Source: an uncultured archaeon
Lineage (GTDB): Archaea; Asgardarchaeota; Lokiarchaeia; Sigyniarchaeales; SOKP01
Assembly (NCBI GenBank): GCA_964493715.1
Contig: CAZBPC010000009.1
Location: 1-51,181 of the forward strand
DNA length: 51,181 nt
Direction of reading: 5' to 3'
Both the position numbers and the translations under genes were made by a program. Numbering within the stretch: position 1 is the stretch's first letter; each line of letters opens with the position of its first letter. Below are positions 38,297-46,681 of the stretch, in pieces. The notes under the pieces were generated by a model. The model saw nothing but the letters and a program-made list of their open reading frames with translations, did not search any database and had not been told where the DNA came from.

Positions 38297-39781
38297 TTAC
38301 AATTTTTTTGGAAATTTATCATGTTTTTGAAGAAATTCTCGATAACCGTTTATTTTATCAAGAACTGAACCTGTGAGCTCCAATGATTCAAATACAGGGA
38401 CGTTTCTATTTAGGAGCTTCAATTTGAATTTATATCTGCTCTTATATTCTTCAAATCCTTCATTAATTTTAAGCATCACGCAATACATTGGTTTAGTGCA
38501 AACACTCTTCGCTTTAGAGATGTATCTGATAAATTCTCGATTTAGATCCATTCCGTGATAGCCTAATTCCTCTAAAATTTCCGCAAATCCACCAAATCGT
38601 TCAGGATCTTTAATAAATACGATCGAAGAAATATTAGGATCCTTATCCAGAGCCAATATCGTTCTATAATAGATATTTGGTTGGATTCCCATGCCTCCTA
38701 AATCGATGGGATTAGTAAGATTTGTATTCACATCAGGAATGAATCGGCTCATTTTATTAATAGTTCTTTCGGATAATGCGGGAATTTTTAAGTTATATTT
38801 TTCCAAGATATCAACCGCTTCGATCGTTGATCCACCTCCAATTCCAATGACACCGACATTACGTGAATCTGGCAAACTTGCTAAATTGAATGCTGAAGCT
38901 AACGCTGCAAGCTCATTTGAATTCTTTACGATACAACTCCCAGTTTGTTTTCCAACAGCTTTCCATATTTGATTGTTCCCTGCTAAACCCCCAGTATGAG
39001 AAAGAATTGCTTTTTTAGTTGCTTCACCATAACCCGCTCGCCATAATATAACAGGTTTTCGGTTCAAATTACTCTTTTTCATCATTTCCATGAACTTTCT
39101 CCCCGTTTCAATCGATCGTAAGTTTTCTATATATAATCCGATTATTTTCGTGTGTTCGTCATCAATAAAATAATCTAAGAATTCTGCAGGGGAGAGATCT
39201 AATGAATTGCCCACTGAAATAAATTTAGAGGCATAAAGACCATAAGAAACCGCAAGTTGAGATATATTTTGAGCAATACCTCCTGATTGAAATATGCCTC
39301 CAAAATTTCCAGATTTTCGAGATTGTTCAAAACCAAAGTAGAGACCTCCACGGGGATTGTAGACACCCAGACAATTAGGACCAATTATTCGAATCTTATA
39401 TTTACGTGCAATTTCTAAAGTTTTTTTTTCAAGATCTTCATTTCCAACTTCTCGAAAACCAGATGAAAATATGGTACAAAAAGAAACCTTTTTCTGACCT
39501 ATTTCCTCTAACATTTGTGGGACTATTCTCGCTGGAACAGCCAAAATGACATAATCGATAGGTTCAGAAACATCTAAAATTGAAGCATATACAGGTTCCC
39601 CAAATAATTTCTTTCCGGCTAATTTAAGGTTGAATAAATAAATTGGGCCCTTAAATTTATCTTTCATGACCCTATAAAAAAATCCACCGCCAGCGGGATT
39701 AGTACTTGCTCCAATGATCCCTATTGATTGAGGGAAAAACAATTTTGTAAAATCGATGTTTGAATCCTCTAGATGAGCCAT
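38297..39781 (-). CDS. NDP-forming acyl-CoA synthetase alpha-type (CoA-binding) protein
   Basis: IGIIGAS, FSSGFRE, GPNCLG, QSGG, SHTGGLAG, NPID. Confidence 0.9.
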   Translation of the reverse strand: MAHLEDSNIDFTKLFFPQSIGIIGASTNPAGGGFFYRVMKDKFKGPIYLFNLKLAGKKLFGEPVYASILDVSEPIDYVILAVPARIVPQMLEEIGQKKVSFCTIFSSGFREVGNEDLEKKTLEIARKYKIRIIGPNCLGVYNPRGGLYFGFEQSRKSGNFGGIFQSGGIAQNISQLAVSYGLYASKFISVGNSLDLSPAEFLDYFIDDEHTKIIGLYIENLRSIETGRKFMEMMKKSNLNRKPVILWRAGYGEATKKAILSHTGGLAGNNQIWKAVGKQTGSCIVKNSNELAALASAFNLASLPDSRNVGVIGIGGGSTIEAVDILEKYNLKIPALSERTINKMSRFIPDVNTNLTNPIDLGGMGIQPNIYYRTILALDKDPNISSIVFIKDPERFGGFAEILEELGYHGMDLNREFIRYISKAKSVCTKPMYCVMLKINEGFEEYKSRYKFKLKLLNRNVPVFESLELTGSVLDKINGYREFLQKHDKFPKKL

Positions 39782-39841
39782 GTGATGAAATCTAAAAATA
39801 AGCTAAAATTAAGAGAAGTAATGTCGTTTGACTAATATAAT

Positions 39842-40567
39842 TTATTGATAAGTTCTTCCTATTATTTTATTTAATAAGGCAATATCGTCGGTAAAAATTC
39901 CATCCACACCTAAATCTATCAGCTTCTTCATCATAGGTTCTTCATTTACAGTAAATACGTTAACTTTTAGACCATTGTCGTGAGCTATACGTACAAATTC
40001 TTTATCAACTAAGGGAAAATATGGGTGGATAGAATAAAATTCATTTTCTATTGCTCTTTGAACATATCGTTTTACAATTCGAATTTTTGTTAAGGCTTTA
40101 GGAATTAAATATCCGATTTTTAATCTTGGTTCCATTTTCTTTACTTTTAACAAAATAGCAATCTCAAAACTACTGACGAGTGAAGTTTTAATTAGTTTTT
40201 CTTCTCTTAAAACATTAATTAGATCATTTACAATCCCAGGAGCTACAATTTCGGGTTGTAGTTTTATTTTTCCTTTAGTGATTGTTATTAATTCACGTAA
40301 AGTAGGTATTCTTTCCCCGTTCCCAAGATCTATTTTCTTAATATCTTCAATTGTCATATCTCGTAAATTTTTTAATACTCCAACCGTTCTTAAAAGATCG
40401 AAATCATGATTTATTACAATTTCATTATCGAGAGATTTTTGAAGATCAAATTCAATATAATCTGCATTTAAGTCAATTGCTCTCTCAAAAGCTCTTAACG
40501 TGTTTTCAATGACCTCCGAGCTAGCCCCTCTATGAGCTATTACTAAAAAATCTTTTTTTCTTGTTAA
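39842..40567 (-). CDS. Glycerophosphodiester phosphodiesterase; N-terminus extends beyond the track ORF with no canonical start
   Basis: In-frame upstream LTRKKDFLVIAHRGASSEVIENTLRAF..IEFDLQ..HD; RIPTL, VFTVN, DGIFTD. Confidence 0.85.
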   Translation of the reverse strand, partial: LTRKKDFLVIAHRGASSEVIENTLRAFERAIDLNADYIEFDLQKSLDNEIVINHDFDLLRTVGVLKNLRDMTIEDIKKIDLGNGERIPTLRELITITKGKIKLQPEIVAPGIVNDLINVLREEKLIKTSLVSSFEIAILLKVKKMEPRLKIGYLIPKALTKIRIVKRYVQRAIENEFYSIHPYFPLVDKEFVRIAHDNGLKVNVFTVNEEPMMKKLIDLGVDGIFTDDIALLNKIIGRTYQ

Positions 40568-40624
40568 AAAAATATCCCCTTATTTTTTTTTGTTATATAG
40601 CTTTATCTATTATGTTAATTAGTT

Positions 40625-41365
40625 TTAAATTAAGTTCAATACTTCTCTAAGGCGAGAAATATCATTAGTTATAATTCCATCTGTTCCCATATTTATTAGT
40701 TTCCTCATAGCTATTCCAGAATCAACAGTCCATGGAAGGACTTTTATATTTTTTTTATGAGCATATTCAATAAATTGTCTATCAGTTAACTTATAAAGCG
40801 GATTAATTCCATAGAAATTATTCTCAGAGGCATAATCAATTAATTTCTTTTTATAATTCCAATCTGAAAATTTACCTGCTTCATTAGGAACGAGGGTGGC
40901 TAATTTTAATTGGGGTTCAATCTTTTGTATTTTAATCAATTCAGCGTGTAAAAATGAACTGACCATTGTAGAATCAAGAATATTAGCATCTTGGAAAATT
41001 TGAACAATTTTTGTTGTTATACCTTCAACCTTAATTTCACAATTGAGAGATATTTTACCTTTTGCTAAATCTATTAATTCCAATAAGGTAGGAATTCGTT
41101 CGCCATCTCCAAAATTCAGTTTTTTTAATTCTTTTAACGTCATTTGTTTTACAACACCTTCACTTCCAGTTCTGCTAAGGGTATTATTATCATGGATGAT
41201 AACAAGTTCACCATCCAATGTTTCATGGACATCAAATTCAACAGCATCTGCTTTTAAGCGAATTGCTTCTTTAAATGCTTTTAATGTATTCTCTGGGGCT
41301 ATTTTACTAGCCCCTTTATGACCCATAACGATGACCTTACTATTTGCACTCATGTTACTTTTCAC
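40625..41365 (-). CDS. Glycerophosphodiester phosphodiesterase
   Basis: GHKGAS, PENTL, EFDV, IHD, NCEIK, WTVD, DGIITND. Confidence 0.93.
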   Translation of the reverse strand: MKSNMSANSKVIVMGHKGASKIAPENTLKAFKEAIRLKADAVEFDVHETLDGELVIIHDNNTLSRTGSEGVVKQMTLKELKKLNFGDGERIPTLLELIDLAKGKISLNCEIKVEGITTKIVQIFQDANILDSTMVSSFLHAELIKIQKIEPQLKLATLVPNEAGKFSDWNYKKKLIDYASENNFYGINPLYKLTDRQFIEYAHKKNIKVLPWTVDSGIAMRKLINMGTDGIITNDISRLREVLNLI

Positions 41366-41476
41366 TCGTAAGAGAATTAATTATTATTTTAAAATTTAGC
41401 ATTTATTTTTATTAAAGAATAAAAAAACCGATAAGAAAAGTTTAAATATGAAAGAAATTAAATTCAAGATCAACCC

Positions 41477-42238
41477 ATGAGCATACAAAATAGTCTAAAC
41501 TATATCATATATAATAAGCAAAAATTTAATGTAGAGAACAATGCCTTATATATAACCAATAAAGGTATAAAGGATATTGATAAAATACAAGGACTCGAAA
41601 AGTTATCTAATTTACGTATTTTAGATTTATCACATAACCAGATATCTCAAATTAAAGGTTTAGACAATCTTAAAAAATTAGAGATCTTGCGTTTAAATAA
41701 CAATAAAATTACTGAAATTAAAGGTCTCGATAATCTAGAAAACTTAAGGGTATTATGGTTGAAAAAAAACCAGATATCTGAAATCAAAGGTTTAAATTCT
41801 CTTCATAACCTTGAAGAACTTTGGCTAAAAAAAAATAAGATTTCTGAAATTAAGAATTTAGATACGCTTAAAAAATTAAAATATATTTGTTTATGTGATA
41901 ATCTGATTTCTGAAATTAAGGGGTTTGACTCGCTTATTAATTTAAAGAGCTTAAATCTAATAAAAAACAAAATTTCCTCCATTACTAATCTTCATCACTT
42001 AAGTAATTTAGAATATTTAGATTTGAGTTATAATAGAATAAATGATATAGAAGGGATAGCAAATATTTCAAATTTATATTTTTTTGGTTGCACGCATAAT
42101 AAAATAAATCAGATAAAGGATTTAGATATCTTAAAAAAAGTAAGCAACTTCTGTTTAGAAGGGAATCCAATAGATTTACAAAAGCTAAGAAATGATTATG
42201 AAAAAATGTTCGCTCAAGAAAATAACATCTTGATCTAG
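41477..42238 (+). CDS. Leucine-rich repeat protein, SDS22-like 22-aa repeats
   Basis: About 9 repeats of LxxLxLxxNxIxxIxGLxxLxx ending in GNPI; no signal peptide seen. Confidence 0.93.
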   Translation: MSIQNSLNYIIYNKQKFNVENNALYITNKGIKDIDKIQGLEKLSNLRILDLSHNQISQIKGLDNLKKLEILRLNNNKITEIKGLDNLENLRVLWLKKNQISEIKGLNSLHNLEELWLKKNKISEIKNLDTLKKLKYICLCDNLISEIKGFDSLINLKSLNLIKNKISSITNLHHLSNLEYLDLSYNRINDIEGIANISNLYFFGCTHNKINQIKDLDILKKVSNFCLEGNPIDLQKLRNDYEKMFAQENNILI

Positions 42239-42242
42239 CAAT

Positions 42243-42983
42243 TTACTTTACCTTATTAATAACATCTTTCAATGCGATAATATCATTGGTTATTATTCCG
42301 TCAACACCATTTTTAATCAATTTCTTCATTGCGAGTTTAAGATCTACAGTATAAACATTTACCTTAAGATTTTGAAGATGTGAATAATCTATAAATTGTT
42401 TATCAACTAATACTAAATGAGGATGTATAAACGAGAAGTTATATTTAGCGGTTCTATCAATCGCTTTTTTTTTTACTTTCCAGTTACTCCATTTTGGATC
42501 ATTCCATTTATAGGGTACTATTGATGCAAATTTAAAGTTCGGCGCTAATTTTTGAATCTTTATAAGCTCTTCAAAATTAAATGAGCTAATGATAGTATTT
42601 TCAACCAAATCTGATTCTTCTAACAATTGAACTAATTTTTTCTCAATATTTCTTGATAATATGTCTACACATAATCCAATCTTACCCTTGGTGAGATAAA
42701 TTACATCTAACAAAGTTGGTATTTTCTCACCCTCCCCAAAATTAAGAGTTTTCAATTCCTCTAAAGTTAAATCTTCTGTAAACCCTGAATAACCTGTAAG
42801 TCTTGATAATTCATGATCATGTGTGACTACAAGTTCACCATCTTTTGATTTAAAAACATCAAATTCGATAAAATCTGCTTTTAATTCAATTGCCTTCCTA
42901 AAAGCTGAGAGTGTATTCTCAGGTGCTATATTACTGGCTCCCCGATGTGCTATTAATAAAATTTGATCCTTTTTGTCATTCAT
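42243..42983 (-). CDS. Glycerophosphodiester phosphodiesterase
   Basis: IAHRGAS, PENTL, IEFDV, THD, YTVD, DGIITND. Confidence 0.93.
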   Translation of the reverse strand: MNDKKDQILLIAHRGASNIAPENTLSAFRKAIELKADFIEFDVFKSKDGELVVTHDHELSRLTGYSGFTEDLTLEELKTLNFGEGEKIPTLLDVIYLTKGKIGLCVDILSRNIEKKLVQLLEESDLVENTIISSFNFEELIKIQKLAPNFKFASIVPYKWNDPKWSNWKVKKKAIDRTAKYNFSFIHPHLVLVDKQFIDYSHLQNLKVNVYTVDLKLAMKKLIKNGVDGIITNDIIALKDVINKVK

Positions 42984-43259
42984 AATATATCAGTGTAAAA
43001 TTAGTATTTTTATGATTACTTCTGATAATTTGTAACTTTCAGTTATAATAAAATTTTAAGTTTCAACTTATTGAATCTACTCATTTTTCGCTTTATTTAT
43101 TAGTATTTTTAGAAGAAGATTTTTATACTTGATTCTGCATCACATAACCATTAGAATAGAAAAGAATATAAGTCTTATATATTTTTAATATTTCTGAAGT
43201 TATATAAAGACATGAAGCGTAAACTTTAAAAAGCACGAATAAAAAGGTGATTACCAGAA

Positions 43260-43511
43260 ATGAAGTTCTGTCCACACTGCGATAATATTCTGATACCTAA
43301 AAACAAGAAACTGATATGTAAAGCTTGCAATGAAGAGTTCGAATTAGATAAGGAAAAGGAAGAGTACAAAATAGTCAAAAAGATAAAACACGATGAAAAA
43401 GAAGCAGCTCCAGTAATTTTAAGAGAAAGCATGAAAAGTAACCAAATTTCTGCTCAAGATCGGAAAGCTTATGAGGAATTTTTTGGCGGTTCCGAAGCTG
43501 ATTCTTACTAG
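43260..43511 (+). CDS. TFS/RpoM-like protein, N-terminal zinc ribbon only
   Basis: MKFCPHCDNILIP..LICKAC; SD AGGTGA upstream; no second zinc ribbon. Confidence 0.78.
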   Translation: MKFCPHCDNILIPKNKKLICKACNEEFELDKEKEEYKIVKKIKHDEKEAAPVILRESMKSNQISAQDRKAYEEFFGGSEADSY

Positions 43512-43708
43512 TGTTTAATTGGCTAGTTTACTCGTATTTGTTAGTTCAAATCTTGTTCTGAAGTATGTTGTTCCATTATTAAGGACTATTTAATTTCTAT
43601 TTGGACAATTTTGTTAAAAATTATTTAAAAGTTTTTATTCTATAATATGTGATCTCTATTAATTAACCAAGTTTTTGTAAGAATTCAAACATAATAAATC
43701 TGATTAAC

Positions 43709-44110
43709 ATGACAGAAGATAAGAAAAAAAGGCTAAAGGGCTTCGCTAACATGATATACAAGACTGTAATGCCTTTAAATGATAATGATAAATTCAAAGA
43801 AAAATACAAGGACGTTAAAAGTAAAATTTTAATGAATGCTGTGGATGGCAAGTATGCTGCGTTAGTAATTATTGATAATGGAACGATAGATGTAGAAGGA
43901 ATCCTTAATGAAAAAAAAAGTGATCTAAAGCAAGAAGTTTTGGGTTGGGACGCAAAGCTTGAGACCACAACCGATTTATTCCTGAAATTAGCATCCGGAA
44001 AATTAGGTACTGGGGCCTCACTAGTAAAGATAATAACACGTAAATTAAAGATAAAAGGAATGAATAAAATAGTTGAGTTATTTACTCTCTTAGAACCTGA
44101 AAATGCTTAA
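43709..44110 (+). CDS. SCP2 (sterol carrier protein 2)-like lipid-binding protein
   Basis: IDNGTIDV..DAKLETTTDLFLKLASGKL..KLKIKG pattern. Confidence 0.65.
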   Translation: MTEDKKKRLKGFANMIYKTVMPLNDNDKFKEKYKDVKSKILMNAVDGKYAALVIIDNGTIDVEGILNEKKSDLKQEVLGWDAKLETTTDLFLKLASGKLGTGASLVKIITRKLKIKGMNKIVELFTLLEPENA

Positions 44111-44118
44111 GTTAATCA

Positions 44119-44544
44119 TTATAACTTCACATTAAAAACTCTAACCAAAGAAAGCAATTTTTCTTTAAGATCTTCATTTTTTTCATTTTTTATTGATTGT
44201 AGAATGACATGCTTATCTTGATCAGATATCTCGTTGAATTTGTCTAAAAAAAGTTTTAAATATACTATTTTTTTAGATGGATTGTTTTGGATATTAGAGA
44301 TTAAATAGTCAATAATAGTTTCATTTGAGTGGGAATCCTTAGATTTACTATTATTAAGGATTTCTTGAGTAATATCTAATTCCTTAAAAAGTGAATTGTT
44401 TCGTAAAATCTCTATGATGAATTCCTTAATGATTTCATCTCTTGAAGAAATATTTAAATTTGAAAAGAACCTTTCAATCTCTAATTGTTTGTTTTCAATT
44501 CCTTTAATGAGTGATAATGCTTCCTTAGCTTGCTCTTTATCCAT
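44119..44544 (-). CDS. Hypothetical protein
   Basis: 141-aa ORF filling the gap between neighbours; helical composition. Confidence 0.65.
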   Translation of the reverse strand: MDKEQAKEALSLIKGIENKQLEIERFFSNLNISSRDEIIKEFIIEILRNNSLFKELDITQEILNNSKSKDSHSNETIIDYLISNIQNNPSKKIVYLKLFLDKFNEISDQDKHVILQSIKNEKNEDLKEKLLSLVRVFNVKL

Positions 44545-44605
44545 ATACTAAATAAGTCTAGTTTAGGTTTATAAATTTTTCTTAATTAAATATTTTGTTA
44601 AGATC

Positions 44606-45346
44606 ATGGAAAAGCAAATTGCAGAAAAATTGAATAAATTTCAAGAGTATATTCATTATCAATTTAAAGATCAAAAGCTTTTAAAACAAGCGCTAACTAC
44701 ACCTAAACTTGGTAAGGAAACGAATACAGATCATTATGAGATTCTTGAGACAATTGGAGATGTTGTTCTAAAATTAATTTTTAGTTTAAAGTTGTATTAT
44801 CAGGGGATATTTGATCCTGCTACATTAACCAGAAATAAACTATGTATCGAGAGTAATCATAACTGGATAAAAATCGCTTCAAATATGGGATTAGATGAAT
44901 TTATTTTTAGAGCTAACAATCAAGAGGTGGTGGGAACATCCATAATGGCAGATGTATTTGAAAGTATATGTGGGGCATTATTTTTAGATTCTCGTTCAAA
45001 TCTGGATATTGTAGAAGAAAAAATTATTAATAGATTTATGAAGAATTGGGATGAGATTGTAGATCTTTCCTTTCAATTTGCTAAAAACGATTTTCTCGAA
45101 TATGTCCAAGAAAAGCTAAGATTTACTCCCAATCTGGAGTTTTTATATGAAAAAATGGAACAAGGAAATGAAATCAGATGGAAAATAAAAGAGATTAGAA
45201 TTTTAGACTTAAGCGGGAAAGAAATATTCTCAATTCCTCGCTCTATTACTTCAGAGTTCCATAAAAAACGGAAAGATGCTGAAAAAGACTTCTGTTTAAA
45301 AGCATTAAAGTATATTCAAAATCCCACGCCTAATTTTAAAGAATAA
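44606..45346 (+). CDS. rnc: Ribonuclease III family protein with a divergent dsRBD-like C-terminus
   Basis: YQFKDQKLLKQALT, YEILETIGDVVL (cf. ERLEFLGD), ADVFESICGALFLDS, KNDFLEYVQ..KKRKDAEK. Confidence 0.85.
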   Translation: MEKQIAEKLNKFQEYIHYQFKDQKLLKQALTTPKLGKETNTDHYEILETIGDVVLKLIFSLKLYYQGIFDPATLTRNKLCIESNHNWIKIASNMGLDEFIFRANNQEVVGTSIMADVFESICGALFLDSRSNLDIVEEKIINRFMKNWDEIVDLSFQFAKNDFLEYVQEKLRFTPNLEFLYEKMEQGNEIRWKIKEIRILDLSGKEIFSIPRSITSEFHKKRKDAEKDFCLKALKYIQNPTPNFKE

Positions 45347-45491
45347 TACATTAGTTCTAATAAAATAGAATCTCAAGATTTAAAATTTTCCTAACTTTGC
45401 TTATCCTATTACAAATATATTAAATTAAATGCCTAAAAACATTTTAATTTCTTAAAATTTAAATATTTAAAATAAATTATTGGTAATTTTA

Positions 45492-46667
45492 ATGTCAGAT
45501 ACCCCTATTATTAAAACACCCGAAATGGAAGACTTCGAAGAAGAAACGGGTAACCTCGCTATTTGGAATGGGAAAGTTAGCAAAAATTTTAAGGTTTGGC
45601 AAGAAAAGAAAAAGAAAGAAGAAATTAAGAAGGAGAAATCCGAGATCTTATCATTTTCACGAGAGGAAAGAAAGCGTGTAAAGATAGATGATAAGAATCA
45701 AAAAGTTGTTGAGAAGGACTATGAACATTTAATTGTGGTCGAAAATCTTCATAAAACTTATCTTCTCGGAACAACAGCCGTGGCAGCGCTACGTGGTGTT
45801 GATTTAACTATAGATAAAGGAGATTTCGTGGATATTATGGGTCCTAGTGGAAGTGGTAAAACTACACTTCTCAATTTAATAGGGGGACTTGATACTCCTA
45901 CACGGGGTAAGATCTTTCTTGAAGGAAAAAATATCTCCATGCTTTCTGACAATGATTTAGCAGAAATTAGGCGAGAAAATATAGGATTTGTTTTTCAATT
46001 TTATAATCTTTTACCACAAATGACTGCTTTAGAAAACGTTTTAGTTCCTTTACATTTCTCTGGAAAGTTAAGCAGAAGAGGCAAGAGAAAGCGTGGTTTA
46101 GATTTGTTAAGATTGGTAGAATTAGAGGATAGAGCACATCATACACCTTCAGAGCTAAGTGGGGGAGAACAACAAAGAGTTGCTATCGCACGAGCATTTG
46201 CAAATGACCCTGCGTTATGCGTATTGGATGAACCAACAGGAGATCTTGACAGTAAGACGGGTGTAATGATATTGAATCTATTAAGAGATTTAAATCGTAG
46301 GGGAGCAACATTTATAGCAGTGAGCCATGATGCCACTGTTTCTGAATTTGCAAATCGCGTATTTCACATGAGAGATGGAAAATTAACCAAGGAAGGTAAG
46401 ATTGGAGGCTTAAAAGAAACTCAACAGATGGTACTTAATAGGAAATTAGAAGCAGAAATGAATAAAGAAAAATGTAAAAGTATGATATTTAGATTTCTTT
46501 TTTCAAACCAAGGAAAAACTTCAATAAATGTAAGCGATATTAAGAACAGTATCCCTAATGCTATTCTGCTAAACTTACCCGAACATTTTAATGATATTTT
46601 ACAAGAATTAGTAAAAGAAAATAACTTAAATGGTAAACTTGATGGAAATGTTTTAAATCTTTATTAA
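45492..46667 (+). CDS. LolD/MacB-type ABC ATPase with N- and C-terminal extensions
   Basis: GPSGSGKTT, IGFVFQFYNL, LSGGEQQRVAIARA, LDEPTG, VSHD; ATG at 45492 (TTG at 45480 is an alternative). Confidence 0.95.
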   Translation: MSDTPIIKTPEMEDFEEETGNLAIWNGKVSKNFKVWQEKKKKEEIKKEKSEILSFSREERKRVKIDDKNQKVVEKDYEHLIVVENLHKTYLLGTTAVAALRGVDLTIDKGDFVDIMGPSGSGKTTLLNLIGGLDTPTRGKIFLEGKNISMLSDNDLAEIRRENIGFVFQFYNLLPQMTALENVLVPLHFSGKLSRRGKRKRGLDLLRLVELEDRAHHTPSELSGGEQQRVAIARAFANDPALCVLDEPTGDLDSKTGVMILNLLRDLNRRGATFIAVSHDATVSEFANRVFHMRDGKLTKEGKIGGLKETQQMVLNRKLEAEMNKEKCKSMIFRFLFSNQGKTSINVSDIKNSIPNAILLNLPEHFNDILQELVKENNLNGKLDGNVLNLY

Positions 46668-46681
46668 TAGGATAATAATCT

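Noticed and set aside
41600-42120. 66-bp periodic repeats as a possible CRISPR array
   Set aside because: They are degenerate coding LRR repeats with no identical repeat and unique spacer structure
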